The notes beneath the pieces were generated by a model. The model did no database searches, was not told the DNA's origin, and saw only the letters and a list, made by a program, of their open reading frames with translations. This document shows positions 10,199-22,459 of a stretch of 64,000 nt of DNA, one piece after another. The stretch is from Squalus acanthias (Eukaryota). The stretch is from positions 113,586,001 to 113,650,000 of the forward strand of contig CM059431.1 in assembly GCA_030390025.1 (NCBI GenBank), in the 5' to 3' direction. Position 1 is the stretch's first letter; each line of letters begins with the position of its first letter. The translations under genes were made by a program, and so were the position numbers.

Positions 10199-13173
10199 TG
10201 TAAGATTCTCAAAATTCACAGATCCCCCTAACTCTAAGAAAAACCCTAAGGAAAAAGACTTGGGACTCTTTTCCTAACTATTACAGGGTGGTGAAGTGCA
10301 TTGGGCCTAACCGAAGGACATTTTAGAGCAAAAACCGAGATTGGGTATTTTAAAACATGTCTGGACTTGTAAGGGAGAAAAGGCTGTGAAGGGAGGTGGG
10401 TTCAACCTCTGTAAAAACAGTTTGGGTATTGGAGCTAATGGAAACTGTCTGGGGAACCGCTTGACCTCGCTGGGAGTTTAAATCGGCCCCTACCAGACAT
10501 TAACATCCTAACAATAAACCCGAGGAAAAACAGTCTCCACCCCAAGTTACAGAGCCCATTAAAACATGCATAAAACAGATTACTTCGGCTTGCTCTATAG
10601 AAATCCCAGTCAAGAAAACCCAAAACATGAGGACAATCAACTACGATTAAGTGGCAAATCGACAGGATGGGGCCATCCCGGAACCACTTCACACCTTAAC
10701 AAACAAGTTACCGTTAACGAGCCTGCCAAAATCTAACAAAGACCGGGACCTGATTTGGCGCGCAGACAAGGGAGCTTCAATGGGTATAATTGAAGGCCCG
10801 TTCTCAACCTGAGAAGGAAGAAGAGGAAGGAAGAACAACAAGACATCCACTGAGGCATTCTCCGCAACAGAGTTCTAAAAACACCACCGTTCAGCGTTCC
10901 GTGTCTAGCCAGGAGGTCGACAGCTCGAAGGCCAGACCATCCAACAAAGTAGGCCGACACGTGAAGAAACCAGAACGACCGCCTCAGTGACCAACGGACA
11001 CCTCGCGGCAACAAGGGCCTCACGAAACAACCAACTGAACACCAAGTACCAATACTGGGCCACCGCTACCAAAGAAAACCAACTCGAAGAAAAACCGAAG
11101 ACCCGCAAAGTTTCCACTCTACAATCTACTCCTGACTTACCCCTGGGTAAGATTTTCCCTTAAAAAACTCTAAACCCTACTGCTAAACCAAAGAAAAGTG
11201 GGTACTCACCTGATAAATCCAATACGCACCCTACCGCATCAGCGGACTCACGAAGACTGACCAGATACGCAGTTGAAGTCCTCTACCGCATATGGGGTAC
11301 GGCAGACACCAACCGACATATAGAGTGAACCCCAAAACCGCGAACTAACCTAACTGTCAAGGATTCTGGTGAGTATCATCCCTGGTCCTCTGGAGTCCAA
11401 CCTAGCGAGTAAAGTGGGATTGGGGGGGGGGGTGAAGTATTCTCCTAATGTTATTTCCCTCGCTTGTGTAGGGGGTGGTGGTTTGTGTCAGCTTCACCTC
11501 TGACTTCTGAGCGGGTCGAATCGCTCCCACTCCCTTGGTTCTAGACCCTGGACTTATTTGGGGGTTGTGATGAAAAGTGCAGCAGGCAACTGGGTTTGAT
11601 GCAAGAACTTTGATCTTTATTTAAGAAAATAAAACACAACACAAACACACTTAACACTCTAAAGGTGGGGAACACTTCGGTACAAGCGAGGGAAATGACA
11701 GTAGAACAATACTTCACCCCTCCCAATCCCACTTCACTAGCTAAATTAGGCTTTGAAGGACCAGGGATAATGCTCACCAATCCTTTGACAGTTGGGCTAA
11801 ATCGCGGTTCTGGGGTTCGCTGTTTATGGTGGTTAGTGTCTGCCGTACCCCGTACGCGGTAGAGGACTTCACCTGGGTCTCTGGTCAGTCTTCGCGAGTC
11901 CGCTGATGCGATAGGATGTCGTTTTGGATTTATCTGGTGAGTACCCAATTTCTTTGGTTTAGCAGTAGGGTTTAGAGTCTTTGGGAAAATCTTACCCAGG
12001 GGTAAGTCAGGAGTAGATTGTAGAGTGGAAACTTTGCGGTTCTTCGGGTTTTCTTCCCTTGAGTTGGTCTTTGTTGGTCGCGGTGGCCTGCTATTACCCG
12101 ATCAGTTGGAGGTAATATGCGGTTGTTGGTTTCTTGAGGCCTTTGGTTTCCGCAATGGTTTTAAGCCTTGTCTAGTGTGTCGGTCGACCTCGTGGAGCCG
12201 TCGGTGACTTGTTGCTGCTTCTTGCTCTGGGTGACTGTGTTGGGACCGTTGTTGGAGATCCGTCGAGGTGGTATCTTCACGAGCTGTACTCAGGTGTGTC
12301 TGAGTGGTGAGCGATGCCGACTCGCTTCCAGCTCGGCTTGCCTTCTTCCTTGTTTCTTCTTCTTCTGATGGCCACAGACCTTGAACTGCTTAACGGGCCT
12401 TCAATTATACGGAATTGAAGTGGCCTTATCTACCCGCCAAATCTACTCAGTTCATTGTCTGGTTTTGGCGGGCTTGTAAATCAGTAACGACTTACTAGTG
12501 TGTTAACTGGTTTTTTAACAGGCCTTCAATCTCACCCATTGAACATGGCCTTATCTACCCGCCAAATCTTGCTCAGTTCATTGCCTGATTTTGGTGGGCC
12601 TGTTACCAGTAAGTGTAAGCTCTGTAAGTGTCAAATGGCTTTTGGGATGGCTTGCATCCTGTCGATCTCCTTGGTTGATCACTGGTGATTGCTTTCATGT
12701 TTGGGTTTCTAGGCTGGACTCAGTCTTTCTATAGAATGGTCCTGAGTGGGTTTTATTTTGCATGTTTCTGATGGGCCCTGTAATCGGTTTTGATGGGCCT
12801 GTATTTTGGGTGGGACTGCTCTTTCCCTGGGTCTATTGTTCAAATGTTAATGTCTGCTGGGGCTTGAGTGAGGTCATCCCGGTTCCCCAGACAGTGCAAT
12901 TAACTGCAATAACCAAAACTGCTTTTACAGAGGTTGACCCCACCTCCTTGTCCCTTTACAGGCCCAGACATGTTTTTAAAATGCCAAAACTTGGTTTTTG
13001 CTCTTAAATTCCTTAAGTTAGGCCCAAATGCATTTTTATCACTCTGAGGTAGTTCCAAAGTCCTTTTTCCTTAGGTTTTGGGGATCTGTAAATTTTGGAA
13101 TCCTTACAAGTGGGAGCGATTCGAACCGCTCAGAAGTCAGAGATGAAGCTGACACAAACCACCACCCCCTACA
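10199..13173 (+). mobile_element. Solo LTR A (10199-11466 plus 13109-13173), interrupted by LTR B
   Basis: TGTAAG...CCTACA termini and a 4-bp TSD CTTT (10195-10198, 13174-13177) inside the transposase. TATA-like gggtataattg near 10782. No coding capacity. Confidence 0.8.
11467..13108 (-). mobile_element. Solo LTR B, complete, inverted homolog of LTR A
   Basis: TGTAGG...CTTACA termini and reverse-complement homology to A along its length. Minus-strand TATA-like motif near 12405 and AATAAA at 11616-11621. No TSD. Confidence 0.8.
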
Positions 13174-14689
13174 CTTTCACCAAGTTCCAGGAACATGCCA
13201 CATTATAGATGGCATCTTTGATACTGTATTCCTTCAGAAATGCGTGAATATTGTCGTCTTGGTTTATCAGTTTACGTAGGAAGTCTTTCTTGTAATGACA
13301 CTTCAGATTTTGGATAACGCCCTGGTCCATGGGTTGTATGAGAGAAGTTACATTTGGTGGCAAATAAATGGTGAAAATATTTCCCGAAACCAACTCGGAT
13401 TCATGCGGATGGGCTCTACAATTATCAAGCAATAAAATGCATTTGCTATCTTCAGGTTTCCCTATTTTACGGGAATGTTCCCTCACAGATGGAACAAAAA
13501 TATGATGGAACCAATAGGAGAAGATTTCCTTATCCATCCAAGCATTTTTTTGATCTTTGTACTCAACAGGTAAGTGCCTCACATTTTTAAATGCACGGGG
13601 ATTTTTATACTTCTCAATAACAAGAAGTTTAACCCGGTGTGATCCAGCAGCGTTCGCACATGTTAGCACGGTTACACGATCTTTATTTTTCTTGTAACCT
13701 GAAGCATTAGCCTCACTAGCCCCAGCAAGCGTTGATTCTGGCAAAAACCTCCAAAACAAGCCAGTTTCATCAGCTTATATATCTGTGCTGGCGACAAATC
13801 ATGTTGCTGCACAATCCGATTGAAATAATCGCAGTATTCTTCTACGGCGTCGTGATCAGCTGATTTCTTCTCCCCGGAAATATTGAGTCGTCGTAACCCG
13901 TGCTGTAACTTGAAGCACGTTAGCCATCCCTCGGAGAAAGCACACTTGTCAGTGAGCTCCATCCTTTCGTAGAAATCCTTCGCTTTCTCGATTAGCATGG
14001 GTCCGGAAAGTGGAACACCCTCTGAACGCTTAAGAGAAAACCACTCATAAAGCACGGTATCCAGCTCTTCAAGCTTAGGCTTACGAAGCGTACACCATTT
14101 CTCTACACTCTTAGATGTCTCTGAGCTTGAATAAAACTTGAGCAGCTTATCCTTCTGCGATTTGATGTCGTAGATTGTTGACGAACTGATTTTGAATTCA
14201 TTCATAATGTTGATACGCTTCTCTCCCCTTTCTAGTCGTTGGCATATCTCGATTTTCTGTTTTAAAGTTAACACCACTCTCTTCTTTTGCTTGGACCAGC
14301 TTTTGGGAATTCCATAATACAAGATGGGGGAGATAATTCCCGATAAAGATGGAGAGACACACAGAAAAATGGTGGCTCGGAAGAGACTACCAGCAGCGCG
14401 GGAGAATCAGACTCCTGTTATTGTGGTGTTCGGACTTCCCACAGCGCTGGGAGGCCGAGTAGTGGCACTTTGGAGAACTACCCCCACTGACTAACTCGGC
14501 ATTCACGGGAGACTCGGACTCGGACTCAGCAACATTGCTGGTTATTGGGGAGCAGTTTTCGGAGTATGATTTTGCCGGTTAATAGAGAATTCCGGATATT
14601 TAGGTGCCGTTTAAACAAGAGTTTCCTGTAAATCAGCTAACCTTGCATTATTGAGAAAATCCGTTCATTTATCCACAGTTTATCCACAG

Positions 14690-17160
14690 CACTGAGAGTA
14701 GCAAGGGCACAGAATGTACTCTGGGTGGGGGACTTCAATGTCCATCACCAAGAGTGGCTCGGTAGCACCACTATTGACTGAGCTGGCCGAGTCCTGAAGG
14801 ACATAGCTGCCAGACTGGGCCTGCGACAGGTGGTGAGAGAACCAACACGAAGGAAAAACCTACTTGACTTCGTCCTCACCAATCTACCTGTCACAGCTGC
14901 ATCTGTCCATGGCAGCATTGGTAGCAGTGACCACCGCACAGTTATTGTGGAGATGAAGTCCCGTCTTCACACTGAGGACACACTCCATCGTGTTGTGTGG
15001 CACAACCAGCTTGCTAAATGGGATAGATTCAGAAAACATCTAGCAGCTCAAAACTGGGCATCCATAAGGCGCTGTGGGCCATCAGCAGCAGCAGAATTGT
15101 ATTCCACCATAACCTGTAACCTCATGGTCCGACATATCCCTCACTCTACCATTGCCATCAAGCCAGGGGACCAACCCTGGTTCAATAAGGAATGTGGAAG
15201 AGCGTGCCAGGAGCAGCACCAGGTGTACCTAAAAATGAGGTGCCAACCTGGGGAAGCTGCAACACAGGACTACATGCATGCTAAAAAGTGGAAGTAGCAC
15301 GCTATAGACAGGGCTAAGCGATCCCACAATCAATGGATCAGATCAAAGCTCTGCAGTCCTGGCACATCCAGTCGTGAATAGTGGTGGACAATTAAACAAC
15401 TAAAGGGAGGAAGAGGCTCCATGAATATCCCCATCCTCAATGATGGCGGAGCTCAGCACATGAGTGCAAAAGACAAGGCTGAAGCGTTTGCAACCATCTT
15501 CAGCCAGAAGTGCTGAGTGGATGATTTATATCGACCTCCTCCTGAGGTCCCCACCATCACAGAAGCTAGTCTTCAGCCAATTCGATACACACCACATGAT
15601 ATCAAGAAATGGCTGAGTGCACTGGATACAGCAAAGGCTATGGGCTCCGACAACATCCCAGCTATCGTGCTGAAGACTTGTGCTCCAGAACGAGCCACGC
15701 CTCTAGCCAAGCTGTTCCACTACAACACTGGCATCTATTCGACAATGTGGAAAACTGCCCAGGTATATCCTGTCCACAAAGAGCTCGACAAATCCAATCC
15801 GGCCAATTATCACCTCATCAGTCTACTCTCAATCAGCAGCAAAGTGATGGAAGGTGTTGTCGACAGTACTATCAAGCAGCGCTTACTCAGCAATAACCTG
15901 CTCACCGATGCTCAGTTTGGGTTCCGCCAAGACCACTCGGCTCCCGACCTCATTACAGCCTTGGTCCAAACTTGGACAAAAGAGCTGAATTCCAGAGGTG
16001 AGGTGAGAGTGACTGCCCTTGACATCAAGGCAGCATTTGACCGAGTGTGGCATCAAGGAGCCCTAGTAAAACTGAAGTCAATGGGAATCAGGGAAAACTC
16101 TCCACTGACTGGAGTCATAACTAGCACAAATGAAGATGGTTGTGGTGGTTGGAGGTCAATCATCACAGCCCCAGGACATCACTGCAGAAGTTTCTCAGGG
16201 CTGTGTCCTAGGCCTAACCATCTTCAGCTGCTTCATCAATGACCTTGTCTCCATCATAAGGTCAGAAGTGAGGATGTAAGCTGATGACTTCACAGTGTTC
16301 AGTGCCATTCACAACTCCTCAGATAATGAAGCAGTCCATGCCTGCATGCAGTAATACCTGGACAGCATTCAGGCTTGGGCTGATAAGTGGCAAGTAACAT
16401 TCGCCCACACAAGTGTCAGGCAATGACTATCTCCAACAAGTGAGAGTCTAACCACTGCCCCTTGACATTCAACGGCATTACCATTGCCAAATCCCACACC
16501 ATCAACATCCTGGGGGGTTACCATTGACCAGAAACTTAACTGGACTAGCCACATAAATACTGTGGCAACAAGTGTAGGTCAGAGGCTGGGTATTCTACGG
16601 CGAGTGTCTCACTGCCTGACACACCAAAGCCTTTCCAGCATCTACAAGGCACAAGTCAGGAGTGTGATGGAATACTCGATGAGTGCAGCTCCAACAACAC
16701 TCAAGAAGCTCGACACCATCCAGTTCAATGCAGCCTGCTTGATTGGCACCCCATCCACCACCTTAAACATTCACTCCCTCCACCACCGGCATACCATGGC
16801 TGCAGTGTACCATCTACAAGATGCACTGCAGCAACTCGCCAAGGCTTCTTCGGCAGCACCTCCCAAACCCGCGACCTCTTCCACCTAGAAGGACAAGCGC
16901 AGCAGGCGCATGGGAACACCACCACCTCCAAGTTCCCCTCCAAGTCACACACCATCCTGACCTGGAAATATATCGCCGTTTCTTCATCGTCGCTGGGTCA
17001 AAATCCTGGAACTCGCTCCCTAACAGCACTGTGGGTGTACCTTCACCACATGGACTGCAGCGATTCAAGAAGGCGGCTCACCACCACCTTCTCAAGGGCA
17101 ATTAGGGATGGGCAATAAATGCTGGCCTTGCCAGCGACGTCCTCATGCCATAAACAAATT
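14690..17160 (+). mobile_element. 5'-truncated CR1/L2-group LINE (APE and RT, multiple stops and frameshifts)
   Basis: VGDFNVHH and LLDFVLTN...SDH (APE). QFGFRQDHS and ALDIKAAFDRVWH (RT). 3' tail aagggcaattagggatgggcaataaatgctggcc. Confidence 0.9.
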
Positions 17161-17991
17161 TTTATAAATGTTACGTGGAGTGGCTAAACATCACTGGCCC
17201 TGGAAGTGCTGCACGGAGACCACATTATCAGTCTCCATATCCCTCCATTCTAATTTGTTTCCTAACTAACACTTCATGCATTTGTACGTAAACATTGCAG
17301 CCCTGACCCATTCATAATCTTTCAGTACTTTTTGCTCTTGTTTAATTCTTTCCTTCTCTATCCTTCTATTCAACCTCTCTCTTAACCCCATCTGAGGTAC
17401 CTCTCTTCATACCAACTCTTTGAAGTTACTATTTTAGATTGTTTTGCTCTTCACTATTCATATCTTTGCCTCCTTCTCATATGCTCTAAGGTGTCCATCT
17501 CACAGATATAGATTTAGAATTTATTATGTTATGGTGACATGATATTCACTGGGAGGGCAACTAATTTATATGGGGCCATTGGGTACCTGTGCCACAACCG
17601 CTACATTTTCACTGCTCGTAGCCAGAAAATTCAGTGCCTGGCTGCCATTGTGGGGGTGGTGTTTTCCCAGCTCACTCCCTAACAACCCATTGTGCCCCCT
17701 TTAACCTCGTGTAAGAGGGTTAATCATTTTTTTAAACAACTTAACTTTTCTGAAGAGTCTAGCCCACTCCCCTTGCCTGAACCCTCTGGTGGGGTCCAAT
17801 TGTACCCATCAAGAAGGTGGAACTACTCATCTCATTCGGCATGTTGACTTCCAGTAATACACCAGAACCTGACTGAGCCAGAAAAGTGGGACCATAGAAC
17901 ATAGAAACATAGAAGATAGGAGCAGGAGTAGGCCATTCGGCCCCTCGAGCCTGCTCCGCCATTCGATGAGATCAGGGCTGATCATCCAAAC

Positions 17992-20973
17992 TCAGTACCC
18001 TGTCCCTGCCTTCTCCCCATAGCCCTTGATACCTTTAGCTTTAAGAAATATATCTAACTCATTCTTGAATATATTTAATGACTTGGCCTCAACTACCTTC
18101 TGTGGTAGAGAATTCCAAAGGTTCACCACTCTCTGGGTGAAGAAATTCTTCCTCATTTCTGTCCTAAATGGCTTACCCCTTATCCTTAGATTATGACCCC
18201 TGGTTCTGGACTCTCCGACCATCGGGAACATTCTTCCTGCATCTAGTTTGTCCAGACCTGTCAGAATTTTATATGTTTCGATGAGATCCCCTCTCATTCT
18301 TCTATACTCCAGCGAGTATAAGCCCAATCGACCCAATCTCTCCTCATATGTCATTCCTGCCATCCCAGGTATCAGCCTTGTGAATCTTCGCTGAACTCCT
18401 TCCATGGCAAAAACATCCTTCCTCAGATAAGGCAACCAAAAACTGCACACAGTACTCAAGGTGTGGTCTCACCAAGGCCCTGTACAACTGCAGCAGGACA
18501 TCCCTGTTCCTATACTCAAACCCTTTCGCTATGAAGGCCAACATACCATTTGCCTTCTTCACCGCCTGCTGCACCTGCATGCTTACCTTCAGCGACTGGT
18601 GCACAAGGACACCCAGGTCTCGTTGCACTTCCCCTTCTCCCAATCTATTGCCATTCAGATAATAGTCTGCCTTTCTGTTTTTGACACCAAAGTGGATAAC
18701 CTCGCATTTATCCACGTTATATTGCATCTGCCATGCTTCTGCCCACTCACCCAACCTGTCCAAATCATCCTGGAGTTTCTCAGTATCCTCCTCGGAGCAC
18801 ACACGCCCACCCAGCTTTGTGTCATCTGCAAACTTGGAGATATTACATTTAGTTCCCTTATCCAGATCATTAATGTATATTGTAAATAGCTGGGGTCCAA
18901 GGACCGAACCCTGCGGTACCCCACTAGTCACTGCCTGCCACTCGGAAAAAGACCCATTAATTCCTACTCTCTGCTTTCTGTCCGCCAACCAGTTCTCTAT
19001 CCAAGTCAATACCTTGCCCCCAATCCCATGTGCCTTAACTTTACATGCTAATCTCTTATGCGGGACCTTATCGAAAGCCTTTTGAAAGTCCAAATACACC
19101 ACATCTACTGGTTCTCCCTTATCTATTTTCCCAGTTACATCCTCAAAAAATTCCAGTAGATTAGTCAAGCACGATTTACCTTTTGTAAATCCATGTTGAC
19201 TTTGTCCGATCCTGTCAATGTTTTTCAAGTGCTCAGCTATTACATCCTTTATAATGGACTCTAGCATTTTCCCCACTACCGATGTCAGGCTTACCGGTCT
19301 GTAATTCCCCGCTTTCTCTCTACCACCCTTTTTTAATAGTGGGGTAACATTAGCTATCCTCCAATCAATGGGTACAGTTCCAGATTCCATCGAATGTTGG
19401 AAGATGATCAGCAATGCATCTACTATTTCAAGGGCCACTTCCTTAAGTACCCTAGGATGTAGATTATCAGGCCCTGGGGATTTATCGGCCTTCAATCCCA
19501 TCAATTTCCCTAACACCATTTCCCTGCAAATACTGATTTCTTTCAGCTCCTCCCTTTCATCAGACCCTATGTTCTCCAACATCTCTGGGAGGTTATTTAT
19601 GTCCTCCTTTGTGAAGACAGAACCAAAATATGCATTTAATTAGTCAGCCATTTCTTTGTTCCCCATTATAACTTCCCCCGCTTCTGACTGCAAGGGACCT
19701 ACACTTGATTTCACTAATCTTTTTCTCTTCACATATCTATAAAAGCTCTTACAGTCAGTTTTTATGTTCCCTGAAAGCTTACTTGCATATTCTATTTTCC
19801 CCTTCTTAATTAATCCCTTTGTCCTCCTTTGTTGAATCCTAAACTGCTCCCAATCCTCAGGGTTACCGCTTTTTCTGGCCAATTTATATGCCCTCTCCTT
19901 GGATCTTATACTATCCCTAATTTCCCTTGTTAGCCACGGTTGAGTCACCCTTTTTGTTTTATTCTTATGCCACACTGGGATGAACAAATTCTGTAGTTCA
20001 TCCATGCAGTCTTTGAATGTTTGCCATTGCCTATCCACCGTCAACCCTTTGAGTGACATGCCCCAATCAATCCTACCCAATTCGCGCCTCATACCATCGT
20101 AGTTTCCTTTATTTAAATTCAGGACCCTAGTCTCTGATTCAACTACTTCACTCTCCATCCTAATGAAGAATTCTATCATATTATGATCACTCTGACCCAA
20201 GGGGCCTCGTACAACAAGATTGCTAATTAATCCTTTCTCGTTACATAATACCCAGTCTAAGATGGCCTGATCTCTGATTGGTTCCTCAACATATTGTTCC
20301 AGAAAACCATCCCGTAAACATTCTAGGAATTCCTCCTCCACAGTATTTTTACTAATTTGGTTAGCCCAATCTATATGTAATTTAAAGTCACCCATGATGA
20401 CTGCTGTGCCCTTACTGCATGCTTCTCTAATTTCCCTTTTAATGCCGTCCCCAACCTCCGTATTACTGTTTGGAGGTCTATATACCACTCCCACTAACGT
20501 TTTCTGCCCCTTGTTATTTCTCAGTTCTACCCATACAGATTCCGCATCATCAGAGCTAATATCCTTCCTTTCAATTGTGTTAATCCCTCTTTAACCAGCA
20601 ATGCTACCCCACCTCCCTTTCTTTTTTGCCTATCTTTCCTAAATATTGAATACCCCTGGATGTTGAGTTCCCAGCCTTGGCCACCCTGGAGCCATGTTTC
20701 TGTAATCCCAATCAAATCGTATTCATTTACCTCTATTTGCGCAGCTAATTCATCCACCTTGTTCCGAATGCTCCTTGCATTAAGACACAAAGCCTTCAGG
20801 CTTGTTTTTTTAATGCTCTCAGACCTATATGAATTATTATTTACTGTGACCATGTTTGATTTAAACTGTTGAGTTCTTTGCCTTCTACTTTTGTTTTTCT
20901 CCTTCCTGTCTTTTGCTTTTATCCTTGTTTCCCTTTCTTTTGTCTCCCTGCTCAGGTTCCCACCCCCTGCCAC
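17992..20973 (-). pseudogene. CR1 ORF2 (APE endonuclease and reverse transcriptase) with a few disruptions
   Basis: LNARSIRNK, ITETWL, GDF, SDHN (APE). QHGFTKGKSCLTNL, YLDFQKAFDKVPH, GVPQGSVLGP, FADDTKL (RT). Split over four ORFs. Confidence 0.92.
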
Positions 20974-20974
20974 T

Positions 20975-21924
20975 TTAGTTTAAACCCTGCCCAATAGCAC
21001 TAACAAACACTCCCCCTAGGACATCGGTCCCGGCCCTGCCCAGGTGCAGACCATCCCGTTTGTACTGGTCCCACCTCCCCCAGAACTGGTTCCAATGTCC
21101 AAGGAATTTGAATCCCTCCCCCTTGCACCATTCCTCTAGCCACGTATTCATTTGAAATATCCTCCTATTTCTACTCTGACTAGCACGTGGCACTGGTAGC
21201 AATCCTGAGATTACTACCTTTGAGGTCCTATTTTTAATTTACCTCCTAACTCCCTATATTCTGCTTTTAGGACCTCATCCCCTTTTTTACCTATATCGTT
21301 GATGCCTATGTGCACCACGACAACTGGCTGTTCGCCCTCCCCCTCCAGAATGTTCTGTAGCCGCTCCGAGACGTCCTTGACCCTTGCACCAGGGAGGCAA
21401 CACACCATCCTGGAGTCTCGTTTGCGGCCGCAGAAACGCCTATCTATTCCCCTTACAATTGAGTCCCCTATCACTATAGCTCTTCCACACTTTTTCCTCC
21501 CAGCCTGTGCAGCAGAGCCACCCATGGTGCCAGGAAGTTGGCTGCTGCTGCCTTCCCCTGAAAAGTCATCCCCCCCAACAGTATCCAAAGTGGTATATCT
21601 GTTTGAGAGGGGGATGGCCACAGGGGACCCTTGCACTACCTGCCTGCACCACTTACTCTGCCTGGTGGTCACCCATTCACTTCCTGCCTGTACACCCTTT
21701 GCCTGCGGTGTGACCAACTCGCTAAACGTGCTATCCACGACGTTCTCAGCGTCGCGAATGCTCCAATATGCATCCATCCGCAGCTCCAGCGCTGCAATGC
21801 GGTCTATCAGTAGCTGCAGCTGGATACACTTCCCACACACATGGTCGGCAGTGACACAGGAAGCATCCCTGATTTCCCACATATAGCAGGAGGAGCATAT
21901 CACAGGGCGGAGCTCTTCTGCCAT
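20975..21924 (-). pseudogene. CR1 ORF1 (zinc finger, coiled coil, SGNH esterase), one frameshift
   Basis: CSSC...HVCGKC, then IVIGDSIVRG, VVVHIGINDI and DGLHL motifs. Confidence 0.88.
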
Positions 21925-22459
21925 GACTTACCCTTAATTAAAATTAAATTAAATGAATCCCACCAATTTCACTTCAATTAAATGATATACTCAAGGGCCC
22001 TTTCCCGACACTGGCCTCTGTAAGAAGCCCACAAAAGTAGTTTAACTACTCACTGTGCTGCTGCTCTCTCCGCTCCCGACACTGGCCTCTGCAAAAAAGC
22101 CCGCGAATGTGAGGACCGCATAACATAGGTAAACCCGACCCCCTGGTTTCACCCCTGGGGCCACAACCTGACATCACTGGCCTTGTAAGGGGTGGGTGGA
22201 GGTTCTGCCCCTTACAGGGCCAAGAGGGGAATCCAGGAATCAGCAGGGATCTAGCATAACCAGCTCTCTGCCATTTTCAAGCATATTCCACCAGACTTGC
22301 CACCAGAGCTGCAGTAGGGATTCCAGAGGAATTCCCGAGAAAATTTAGGACTATCGTGAATAAGTATAAAGAACTGTATGACTGCCAATTACCCTTTGGA
22401 TGAGTTGTTGTGAAGAACAGAGCAAACCATTTACTTTGATAAGCTGCCATATAGTAGAC

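Larger units (their letters stand above)
9563..14322 (-). pseudogene. Tigger/jerky-like transposase (HTH-psq, CENP-B HTH, DDE_1), disrupted
   Basis: Three pieces: 13672-14322 ([13 protein letters not shown]...LYEWF), 13174-13759 ([21 protein letters not shown]) and 9563-10198. There is a 1-bp frameshift at the IYN-ADETG motif. [13 protein letters not shown] rejoins once the 10199-13173 insert and one TSD copy are removed. Confidence 0.9.
9260..14628 (-). mobile_element. Tigger/pogo (Tc1-mariner) DNA transposon, interrupted by LTR insertions
   Basis: 26-bp imperfect TIRs CAGGAAACTCTT...CGGCACC at 9260-9285 and 14603-14628, flanked by TA on both sides. Transposase ORF pieces lie inside. Confidence 0.92.
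17893..22100 (-). mobile_element. Near-full-length CR1 LINE
   Basis: ORF1 and ORF2 in order, with a (TTCTATGT)n-type 3' tail at about 17893-17915. The 5' boundary is approximate. Confidence 0.92.

Noticed and set aside
10199..13173. DIRS or foldback element with long inverted termini
   Set aside because: TG...CA ends, a 4-bp TSD and the absence of RT or tyrosine recombinase fit two solo LTRs better.
9563..14322. Host JRK/TIGD gene
   Set aside because: It has TIRs and a TA TSD, is frameshifted, and is interrupted by LTRs.
20975..21924. Captured cellular esterase
   Set aside because: The SGNH esterase domain is a known component of CR1 ORF1.
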